Of a stretch of 64,000 bases of DNA, positions 53,998 through 62,011 are shown piece by piece. The stretch comes from an uncultured virus (IMG/VR IMGVR_UViG_3300042886_000689) (lineage: Duplodnaviria; Heunggongvirae; Uroviricota; Caudoviricetes). Position numbers and translations under genes: made by a program. A model generated the notes under the pieces. The model did not search any database, was not told the DNA's origin, and was given only the letters and a program-made list of their open reading frames with translations. Every line of letters starts with the position of its first letter. Position 1 is the stretch's first letter. Location: IMG/VR virus record IMGVR_UViG_3300042886_000689, one strand, 5' to 3'.

Positions 53998-56124
53998 ATG
54001 ACCATTATAAATGTTGGCCGTAGACAAGAAAAATCAGGCCCTACATATCAATTCAAAGATACTTTAGGCATGATGCCTGAAAAAATGGCAAGCAAGCTTT
54101 ATATGCAAGCGTATCACTTTCATCATGATTACAAAGTTATCGAAGACGAAACAATGGGATGGGGGATTAGTTTTAAGCGAGTCATAAGTGATATTGGAAA
54201 AACCATCAATCGTGCATTTAGGGATACGAATAATTTTATTGCAAAAGCAGCAAAGGATATTGCTAAAGTCGCTGAACCAGTAATGGTTGTCGTTAAAGAC
54301 GTTGGCTCATTCACAGAAGATGTTTACGCCGCTGCCAAAAAAACTGCCTTGGCCGCGCTCCCTCCTTCTCTTCGGACATTTGTTGGCACCGCTGTGACAC
54401 AACTAGAAAACAGGGTCACAAACCCAGCCGCAACGGTTGTGGCTATTACTCAGTCGGCTGGTGAAGTTGCTCATAATATTGTAAAAGAAACAGGAAACGC
54501 TACAGAGGTTGTTTATAGGGAAGTTACAAAGCCAGCATTTAAAATAGCTAGAAATGTTGCAAACGAAACTATCTGGCAACCAATTCATAAAGTTGTCGAT
54601 GTTGCTATCCTTCCAATTCTTCCAAAATCACTCAGGGACAAGGTTGAAAAAGTAATGGACATTCCTGATGGAGCATTTAGAGGGAAATTAACCGATAAAG
54701 ATGTTCTTGCAGGATTAAAGGCATACGTTCAAATCGCTACGCTTCCGGCTGCTACGGCAGGGCGATTTTCTAACGATGTTATCAATAGATTAAAAAAAGA
54801 TGCAATCCTTGGCCCTTTCTTGGAAAAAGTTGATATGTATTCTGGGGGCCTTCTTACTTCGGCCCAGAGTCTCGCCGCTACTCCTGATGATATTTACAAT
54901 GATAGAAATATTGACTGGAAAGCAAGGCTCATTGATGCTCTTAAAATATACCTAGCAACTGTCTCCGTTACGGCCCTCATGAGAAGCACAGCCGTTACGG
55001 CTGTTGGAACCGAAACGGGCTTAAATACAACACCGATAGGTAGGGCTGCGCTTGCCGTTGGCGTAGCTTATGGCTCTGCTTATGCTGGTGGAAGCCTGAC
55101 AAATCTTACTGTCAAAATTGGAACCGATGCGGCCAAGGATGCTGCCATAAATGAAGCCAAAGCCGCCACGATAAAAGAAGCTGTTAAAAAAGGCTGGGTT
55201 GACGATGCCTATACAGCACGAATGATTTTGTCGGCTGGTGGGAAGTTTTATACCGCTAGTGGCACAGATCAAACATTGATGCAAACAATGGGTAAAGTTC
55301 ATGATGGTGAATTTCAAAGCCTAGTAAATCGCGAAATTCAACAAAGAACAGGATTGCCAATAACTTATGCACACTTGGTTGATGTTTATAACACCGACTG
55401 GGCCACACTTGCCGAGGACTTGAACAGACAAATGGCCAGAATGGTGCCGACAATGGGCACATCTGATGGCGAATTTTTAACACAAATGGGAAGAAACTTT
55501 GTAGATGAAATGAGAAGAATTCCTGCTAATTTCTCAAATATTGGAAGCAATGTTTTAGATGAATTGCAAAGAACTCCTGAAAACATGGCAAGACTCGCAA
55601 GTATTGTGGCTAAAGAAGCTGATAGAACACCAGAAAATATTGCACGAATCGCCACAAACATTGCTAGAGAGTCAGTAATTGCCTCTCAAAACGCCGCTGA
55701 AGCCGCTGCGCAAGCCGCCAAAGATGTTGCAGCCGAAGCCGCAAGAACACCGGCCAACATTGCAACGGTGTCTGAAAATGTCGCCACAACGGTTATTAAG
55801 GCCGGTGGAGATATTGCATCCGAAGTCGCAAAAACACCTGAGAATATTGTAAACCTAGTTTCCAACGTATCAATCACTCCCCCTAGTGTTTCTCCTCCCA
55901 AGATTGACTTATCAAACCTTGATGACTTGCTTAAAAAGTATGGCCCAGACTTACTTGCATACCTACAGTCAACCCATGGGCCTAACTACGCTCAAATGTC
56001 GTTCACACCGAGCCAGTTAAGCGATATTGAATTAAATTTTAATCAAAAGAAGAAGAGTAAAGCACCACTTCTTGTTGGAATTTTTGCGATACTTGCCGCT
56101 GGATATGTCGCAACTCAGGATTAA
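53998..56124 (+). CDS. Large helical tail-anchored protein with amphipathic repeats (candidate DNA-delivery protein)
   Basis: ETMGWG leader; RTPENIA-type repeats; C-terminal KKKSKAPLLVGIFAILAAGYV. Confidence 0.7.
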   Translation: MTIINVGRRQEKSGPTYQFKDTLGMMPEKMASKLYMQAYHFHHDYKVIEDETMGWGISFKRVISDIGKTINRAFRDTNNFIAKAAKDIAKVAEPVMVVVKDVGSFTEDVYAAAKKTALAALPPSLRTFVGTAVTQLENRVTNPAATVVAITQSAGEVAHNIVKETGNATEVVYREVTKPAFKIARNVANETIWQPIHKVVDVAILPILPKSLRDKVEKVMDIPDGAFRGKLTDKDVLAGLKAYVQIATLPAATAGRFSNDVINRLKKDAILGPFLEKVDMYSGGLLTSAQSLAATPDDIYNDRNIDWKARLIDALKIYLATVSVTALMRSTAVTAVGTETGLNTTPIGRAALAVGVAYGSAYAGGSLTNLTVKIGTDAAKDAAINEAKAATIKEAVKKGWVDDAYTARMILSAGGKFYTASGTDQTLMQTMGKVHDGEFQSLVNREIQQRTGLPITYAHLVDVYNTDWATLAEDLNRQMARMVPTMGTSDGEFLTQMGRNFVDEMRRIPANFSNIGSNVLDELQRTPENMARLASIVAKEADRTPENIARIATNIARESVIASQNAAEAAAQAAKDVAAEAARTPANIATVSENVATTVIKAGGDIASEVAKTPENIVNLVSNVSITPPSVSPPKIDLSNLDDLLKKYGPDLLAYLQSTHGPNYAQMSFTPSQLSDIELNFNQKKKSKAPLLVGIFAILAAGYVATQD

Positions 56125-56172
56125 AGTTGCACAGAGCTAGGAAACTGCTAGAATAATATTCCGTAAGAGGTT

Positions 56173-56802
56173 TTGATGAAATATGTGAAAAATGATTTTG
56201 GTTCAATGGGGACACTTGGCATCTGGCCATTTGACTCTGCTAAAACATTCACAAAAGCTCAAGACCTTGCAGCCGGAAAAGCTTGGATTCAAAAAATTTA
56301 CACCACCCTCAAACCAAATGTTACTTTTGCACAATTTGTAACAACTCTTCGCAAAGGTTCTGCAAACAATCCAACTCCATTGTCAGACGCGGAGTATGAT
56401 GCTTGGCTAACATCTAAAGGTTTCGCAGTAAATCTTCAGCCTGAAACACCGGCCAAAGTTCTAACTTCAATGGCAAGGGCTTTTGCTGCAAATAAAAATA
56501 TGCTTCCAACAAGAGAATCAATTGATTCAGCATTTTTAAATCCAAATGTTATCAAATGGACATACTGGGATGCGGCAAAAATAACAGCTTCTCAAACAGC
56601 AACACAAGCAGCGGCAATAGTTTCCGATGTTGGAACAGTTCTTGAGACTTCTGGTTCAGCACTTGCCTTTATTATCAAATACAGAATACCGATTATTCTT
56701 CTTGCCCTTGGTGGAATTGGATATTTTGCCTACTTAAACAAGGGCGAAATAAAGTCTCGTATAAAAGAAAAAACATATAAGAAACTAGGTCTAGGGAAAT
56801 GA
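56173..56802 (+). CDS. Tail-anchored membrane protein with DFG/MG leader
   Basis: KNDFGSMGTLG; C-terminal TM plus basic tail. Confidence 0.75.
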   Translation: MMKYVKNDFGSMGTLGIWPFDSAKTFTKAQDLAAGKAWIQKIYTTLKPNVTFAQFVTTLRKGSANNPTPLSDAEYDAWLTSKGFAVNLQPETPAKVLTSMARAFAANKNMLPTRESIDSAFLNPNVIKWTYWDAAKITASQTATQAAAIVSDVGTVLETSGSALAFIIKYRIPIILLALGGIGYFAYLNKGEIKSRIKEKTYKKLGLGK

Positions 56803-57197
56803 ACTTCTTTAAATGGGTGAATATTTTCTTTTGTGGCGATCAAAACGACAGAAAAAAAGTTGTTCAGGCCGTACTTGAATCAATTTCAATTTTTAAAAAA
56901 GGCAAACCATCAAAACAGGGCGATGAAGCTGCAAAACTTCTCACTTCTGATAAAGTTGAGTTAATTGGTGTTGTTCCGCATATTGAGTACATTCGTGTAT
57001 CAAGTAGAAGTGCGGAAGATTTAGAAGTTATTTGGAATCACCGCTTTTCAGTACCAACACTTTTGTACAGAATTAAAGACTCACCTTTTTTACTTCTTGC
57101 AAACCCCAATATTGAGTATAATGATTCTAAGCTTCTTGAGATTCCAGAAAATGCTGATCTTAAAGAGTTACAAGATATTTTAGGAATAATAGGATAA
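56799..57197 (+). CDS. Hypothetical protein
   Basis: ATGA-coupled; lies directly upstream of the histone-like gene. Confidence 0.75.
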   Translation: MNFFKWVNIFFCGDQNDRKKVVQAVLESISIFKKGKPSKQGDEAAKLLTSDKVELIGVVPHIEYIRVSSRSAEDLEVIWNHRFSVPTLLYRIKDSPFLLLANPNIEYNDSKLLEIPENADLKELQDILGIIG

Positions 57198-57209
57198 TCG
57201 GAGGAATTT

Positions 57210-58625
57210 ATGGATTTGCAAATTTTGTATAATAATCCAAGTAGAAAGAAAAAATCGTTTAGATCAAAGCTTAATCCATCAAAAAGATTAAAAGCTTCCA
57301 AGAGAAGTAAGCTTCGCTCCTCTGGTAAGTCATTCTTTGGCATGAAGAAGAATCCTACTACTGGCAAAGTATCATTAATAGAAAGAGCGTTAGGTGTGTT
57401 CAAAGCTAAAAAAGAAGAAATTCTTAATAAACCAAAGGAAAAAATCGTGGCTAAGAAAAAAAAGAAGTCAACAAAGAAAGTTGCTAAAAAAGCAACTAAA
57501 AAAGCAACTAAAAAAGCCGCTCCGAAAAAAGCGCGTAAAAAAGTTGCTAAAAAAGCAACAAAGAAAGTTGCTAAAAAAGCAACAAAGAAAGTTGCTAAAA
57601 AAGTTGCCCCTAAAAAGGCTAGAAAAAAAGCAGCTAAAAAAGCAGCTAAAAAAGCAGCTCCGAAAAAAGCGCGAAAAAAAGCGAGTAAAAAAGCTCGTAA
57701 TAAAGCAGCTAAAAAAGCTGGCACTTTACCACCGCCAATTCCTACTGCTTCTAACCCTAAGAAGAAAAAAGCTCGTAAAGTTAGAAGAAAAAAAGGTTCA
57801 AAGAAGTCATCTTCCAAGAAAAAATCTTCTAAAAAGAAGAAAGCAACAAAAAAGAAAGCAACAAAAAAGAAAGCAACAAAAAAAGTTGCCAAAAAGTCTA
57901 CTAAGCCTAGCTATAAAAAAGCTATGAAGAGTAAATCTCGTAAGTCGAAGAAGAATCCATCGTATAAGAAGAAAAATTATTCATTAAAAAACAATCCAAT
58001 CGGAGGAGCTATGTCAAAGGTATCAAAATTTACAAAAAATGTTCTAGCACATGATCTTGGTGAAGCTGGTGGTCTATTAGCTGGTGGAGCGGCAATCCAA
58101 GGGATTCGTCACCTTCAAGCTAAATTTGCCCCACAATTAAGCTCAACTATCGCTCAAATTCCTTTGATCGGTAATTTCCTTGCTTCTAACCTTGATGCAA
58201 TCATTCCTTTGACTGTAGGTGCTATTGCTCACAAATACGTTAAAAATGCTAACGTAAAAATGCTCGCTAAAGGCATCATCGGTGCTTCAGTAGTTGGAAT
58301 CGGTTCTAAAATCTACGCTTCAGCCGCTCAAATGGCCGGTGCTAACATGGCAGGAATCATCGCTGTTCCTTCTATGAACGGAATTATCGCTGTTCCTTCA
58401 ATGAACGGTTTCGGAGCAATGAAAATGACTAACGATTTCGGTTCATCACCGGCTTCGATTTCATCTTCTGACTTCGGTGCATACGGTGTTGGTCTATCTG
58501 GTGAAGGTGGATACTTACAAGATGCTGATTTTGATTCTGCTGGCCCTCGCATGGTAGTTGCTCGTCAACCAGATTCATTAAACGGTTACGAAAATGTTGA
58601 TTACGACGATATGGGTGAATTTTAA
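57210..58625 (+). CDS. Histone H1-like AKK-repeat DNA-binding protein fused to membrane helices and a DFG-motif tail
   Basis: AKK/ATKK/KKVAKK repeats, six NP motifs, hydrophobic helices, MNGIIAVPS repeat, NDFG/SDFG; GGAGG RBS. Confidence 0.85.
   Translation: MDLQILYNNPSRKKKSFRSKLNPSKRLKASKRSKLRSSGKSFFGMKKNPTTGKVSLIERALGVFKAKKEEILNKPKEKIVAKKKKKSTKKVAKKATKKATKKAAPKKARKKVAKKATKKVAKKATKKVAKKVAPKKARKKAAKKAAKKAAPKKARKKASKKARNKAAKKAGTLPPPIPTASNPKKKKARKVRRKKGSKKSSSKKKSSKKKKATKKKATKKKATKKVAKKSTKPSYKKAMKSKSRKSKKNPSYKKKNYSLKNNPIGGAMSKVSKFTKNVLAHDLGEAGGLLAGGAAIQGIRHLQAKFAPQLSSTIAQIPLIGNFLASNLDAIIPLTVGAIAHKYVKNANVKMLAKGIIGASVVGIGSKIYASAAQMAGANMAGIIAVPSMNGIIAVPSMNGFGAMKMTNDFGSSPASISSSDFGAYGVGLSGEGGYLQDADFDSAGPRMVVARQPDSLNGYENVDYDDMGEF
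57460..57900 (+). repeat. Low-complexity Lys/Ala-coding repeats
   Basis: Repeated aagaaagttgctaaaaaagcaac and aaagaaagcaacaaa units. Confidence 0.9.
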
Positions 58626-58755
58626 TTTGCATTTTTGCAAAAATTAACGAGAATAAAAGAGTAAATAAAAGTCGGCGTATTAATCGCAACAACAAAGAAC
58701 CGACTCTATAAATGAAACGACTTCATTTATTAACAGATGTTCTAAGGAGAACCAC

Positions 58756-59355
58756 ATGGCATCGACACAGTTAAACGAAGTAGGCGGCGTAGCCCTTCGT
58801 GACCAAATCAAACAACCGTTATATGATAGTATTGACATTTCGTCAGCATCATCAATAACAGAAGAACGTCAGTTTTTCGCTAACACTCAAGGTAAGTCTC
58901 TAGTTCAGTCTAACCTTCGTGGTAACGGTTCTCTTGAGCGTAACAAGTCTTTCCGTATTATGGGAATTCAAGTTGACGCGATTTCTCAAGATGCTGACAA
59001 GCAAGAACTTCTTGCTCTTTTCTCAACTTATTCTTATGTTCAACTTTGGTTGGCTGAGAAGCAATACTGGGAATCACCTCTTCGCTTTGTAACTGGTAAG
59101 ATTCGTTCTACAGTTGCTCTAGCTGGTGCTACTGATGCTGCTTCAGTTTATAACCAATTTGGTGACGCTGGTTGTAACCCAGTATCTTTCCAAGGTGAAC
59201 AAACTTTGGATATTGGCCCTTTAACTAATTTCTACTTGGTTTTCAAAGTAGAAGGTGCTTCTGCTGGTCAGATCACTAAGATGACTCCATCTGCTGATTA
59301 CCCAATCCGCTTTGTTGCATCTCTTAAAGGTATTCTTCGTCGTCCAGTTCAATAA
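58756..59355 (+). CDS. Putative major capsid protein (probable single jelly-roll)
   Basis: 199 aa, alternating beta pattern (QPLYD, QFF, SNLRGNGSL, FRIMGIQV, FVASLKGILRR); AAGGAG RBS, high-expression codon usage, own terminator. Fold inferred. Confidence 0.6.
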   Translation: MASTQLNEVGGVALRDQIKQPLYDSIDISSASSITEERQFFANTQGKSLVQSNLRGNGSLERNKSFRIMGIQVDAISQDADKQELLALFSTYSYVQLWLAEKQYWESPLRFVTGKIRSTVALAGATDAASVYNQFGDAGCNPVSFQGEQTLDIGPLTNFYLVFKVEGASAGQITKMTPSADYPIRFVASLKGILRRPVQ

Positions 59356-59368
59356 TCTGGAATTGTTT

Positions 59369-59400
59369 GGAGAGGGAGCTTCGGCTCTCTCTCCTTTTTT
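59369..59400 (+). terminator. Intrinsic terminator after the putative MCP
   Basis: ggagagggagc-ttcg-gctctctctcc plus T6. Confidence 0.9.
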
Positions 59401-59456
59401 AAAACTTCTTCACTTTGAATAAAGCCTTGATTGGCTTTGAAAAAAGGGAACCTCGT

Positions 59457-60125
59457 ATGGACGCTAAGTCACAATTAATCCAAGATATTCTTGGAATTCA
59501 AGATGGAATCTCAAAAGTAAGAGCGCGTGAACGTCAAGTTCAGAAGCTCGAAAATTCTAATCCGTTAATGTATTCACAACCTGCTGTGAAAACAAATTCA
59601 TTAGAAGATCATCTCGCTGGAATTCTTCCACCAGAACTAATCCCTTCAAACGTAGGGGATATTAATCAAGTTCAGTGGGGATTCTTTTACGAAGTTGATT
59701 TTGACTTTGGTACAGACCCAACTTTTGATGCCAATACGGCACAAAGAAAAAGCTTTAAAGTTTCTTCGGAAGCGGCTTTTTTAATCACTCGAATTTATCG
59801 CGATCAAGATGACACTGGTGTGGCTGGCTACGAGGCCCCACTTACTCTTACTCTTCGCGACCTTCAATCTAGTCGTCAATTTATGGATAAAGGTATTCCG
59901 CTTCAATCTATCCCTTCTAAAGGATATTTTTACGAGCTACCTGTTCCATTTCTTTTATATCCTGCCGCAAGTGCTGAACTTGAACTTAAATGTTGGCTTC
60001 CGAATGGAATCAACTTAGAGACAGAAGGCTCAAGCAAACAAAGCTTTACTCTTTACGGGGCAAAAGTTCGTGTTCAAAGCCCTGATGCTATTTTCAAGGC
60101 AATGTTTCAAAAGCATAACGGTTAA
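59457..60125 (+). CDS. Putative capsid-like beta-sandwich protein (paralogue)
   Basis: WGFFY...SFKVSSEAAFLIT...LRDLQSSRQFM...PFLLYP...FTLYGAK. Confidence 0.55.
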   Translation: MDAKSQLIQDILGIQDGISKVRARERQVQKLENSNPLMYSQPAVKTNSLEDHLAGILPPELIPSNVGDINQVQWGFFYEVDFDFGTDPTFDANTAQRKSFKVSSEAAFLITRIYRDQDDTGVAGYEAPLTLTLRDLQSSRQFMDKGIPLQSIPSKGYFYELPVPFLLYPAASAELELKCWLPNGINLETEGSSKQSFTLYGAKVRVQSPDAIFKAMFQKHNG

Positions 60126-60134
60126 GGAGTATTT

Positions 60135-60782
60135 ATGAGTAACGGAATTAATTTAAAAGATATGTCTCTTGAGCAACTTGCAAAAGTCAAAAGAGATATG
60201 ATGATCAAGCAAGCCCAACTAAAAGCAGCCGTTGATATTCGCGAAAGCGAAGTAAAGGCACCAGTTGGAGCTTCAAAATATTTTCGCGATCTTGCAAACG
60301 GCGATGCCCTTGCAATCAACAACGTAATCTGGCCATTCTTTTTCACAACATCTTCAGACGTTTTACGCGCTGGTGGTGGACAACAACAAGTTAGCTTTCA
60401 AGTAACTCAGGAAGCCGCATTTGTTTGGACTGAAATGGTTAAAGTTGTTTACGCTGTTGATTTCGATGCCCCTGTTCCAACGATTGAATACATTGACCCA
60501 AATGGTGCCGGAAACTCTGATGCCAACGGATTAAGATTTACTCTTTCTGATGGTGACTCCTCAAGATCATTCATGAATGATTACGTTCCTCTCGATCAAG
60601 TTGGTTCACCTACTCAAGCATTTGTCCCTGATCGCCCAATGTTTTTATTGCCTCTACAATTAATGAATATCAATCTTATCAACAATAACCCATCTCGTGA
60701 TTTTGTTGTTTTCATGATGTTCAAAGGTTATAGACTCCGAATCCAAGGAACGAATGATCTCCAAAACCTTGTAACGCGGTAA
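60135..60782 (+). CDS. Putative capsid-like beta-sandwich protein (paralogue)
   Basis: WPFFF...SFQVTQEAAFVWT...LSDGDSSRSFM...PMFLLP...MMFKGYR; clearly similar to the 59457 ORF. Confidence 0.55.
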   Translation: MSNGINLKDMSLEQLAKVKRDMMIKQAQLKAAVDIRESEVKAPVGASKYFRDLANGDALAINNVIWPFFFTTSSDVLRAGGGQQQVSFQVTQEAAFVWTEMVKVVYAVDFDAPVPTIEYIDPNGAGNSDANGLRFTLSDGDSSRSFMNDYVPLDQVGSPTQAFVPDRPMFLLPLQLMNINLINNNPSRDFVVFMMFKGYRLRIQGTNDLQNLVTR

Positions 60783-60792
60783 GGAGTAATGA

Positions 60793-61380
60793 ATGAGCGA
60801 TTACGGATACAAGAAGAATGACCCTCGAAATCCAGACAGGATTCGTTTTTCTCCACAAGAAATAATTGATGCTTTTCTTCAAGGTGATTTTGGAAAGGTT
60901 TTTAGAGGAGTCGAGAGTAAAATTAACTCTCCCTTTATCAATCTTCCTAAAAATGCTGAGTCAATTGATATAAGACGAGTTTCGGATGCAACCGCCGGAA
61001 CCTTTGAAGAATTATTTTTAAGCTATCAGCCGCCTAAAGGCTTTGAAGCAATCATTACTGGTTATGGTATTTTTTCAGATGCTCAATTTGCAATCTCTAC
61101 TGAATTTATTCCAAAGGTAAATGGTTCGCGAGTTTTTCCCTACCATGGACAACCTCGTGACGTAACAAATCCAAGAATTCTTCCTTATAAAATTTGCTTG
61201 GGCCTTGGGCCTGACTTGACCGATGTTTCATTGGTTGAGTGTTCATTAAGATTAAAAGAAACTGATCTTTTGACTTGGCAATTGACCAACGCAAGCATTG
61301 TTTCTCAGACTATGGGGGTTCGATTTAAAGGATACTTAAGGTCAATTAATGAAGCTCGTGATTATAAAGTAGGGGGATAA
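60793..61380 (+). CDS. Putative capsid-like beta-sandwich protein
   Basis: LSYQPPKGFEAIITGYG...VRFKGYL; beta-rich. Confidence 0.5.
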   Translation: MSDYGYKKNDPRNPDRIRFSPQEIIDAFLQGDFGKVFRGVESKINSPFINLPKNAESIDIRRVSDATAGTFEELFLSYQPPKGFEAIITGYGIFSDAQFAISTEFIPKVNGSRVFPYHGQPRDVTNPRILPYKICLGLGPDLTDVSLVECSLRLKETDLLTWQLTNASIVSQTMGVRFKGYLRSINEARDYKVGG

Positions 61381-61381
61381 T

Positions 61382-61705
61382 ATGTCATTTATTGATCTTG
61401 CATCATTCCCAAATTCACGAATCAAACCTCGTCCGGCCACAAGAATATGCTCAATTGATGAGATGAATATTCCGGCAAATACACCAACTTTAGTTCGTGG
61501 TGTATTGGACGAGAGAACTTATTTAACAATTTATAATCAATCTACAACGGCTCCCCTTCGTTATCTTCGCGGAACAAACGTAAATATTTCCACCGAAGGA
61601 TTTTATTTAAGTGCTGATCGCGCCGTTGATTTAGAAGGCCCACAAGATTTGTGGGTTTGGAGTCCATCAAACATTATCGTGAGCATTGATGAGGGGATAG
61701 GTTAA
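61382..61705 (+). CDS. Small beta-rich structural protein (penton/spike-base-like)
   Basis: RTYLTIYNQS...GFYL...LWV pattern; located between capsid-like and fibre genes. Confidence 0.5.
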   Translation: MSFIDLASFPNSRIKPRPATRICSIDEMNIPANTPTLVRGVLDERTYLTIYNQSTTAPLRYLRGTNVNISTEGFYLSADRAVDLEGPQDLWVWSPSNIIVSIDEGIG

Positions 61706-61708
61706 TAT

Positions 61709-61999
61709 ATGCCATCTCCTCGGATATATTTTGGAACCTCAACCGTATCTCCTGTCTCTGATAACATTGTTATCGAGAGTCATACGCTTAGTGGTGCCGA
61801 AGTATTGGCAAAACAATTTGATCTCGCCTTCGCTCCTGTAGACTCCCTTAATATTGTCGGATGGGTTGATGGAGGAAGTACATTTCTCTCAACCGTTGAC
61901 TTTACCATAACTGGCACTCTAGTCGATTGGACGATAAGTTCTTACGCTTCATTGTTTGTCGCTGGAAATATAATTCAATTCATTTATAAGAAAGCATAA
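61709..61999 (+). CDS. Small beta-domain protein, paralogous to the C-termini of the 35754 and 38991 fibres
   Basis: DLAFAP...VDFTITGTLVDW...GNIIQFIY. Confidence 0.7.
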   Translation: MPSPRIYFGTSTVSPVSDNIVIESHTLSGAEVLAKQFDLAFAPVDSLNIVGWVDGGSTFLSTVDFTITGTLVDWTISSYASLFVAGNIIQFIYKKA

Positions 62000-62011
62000 C
62001 AAGGAAGTTCT

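Noticed and set aside
57038..57927. 284-aa Phe/Leu/Ala antisense ORF and 177-aa alternative-frame ORF
   Set aside because: Artefacts of the AKK low-complexity repeats in 57210-58625.
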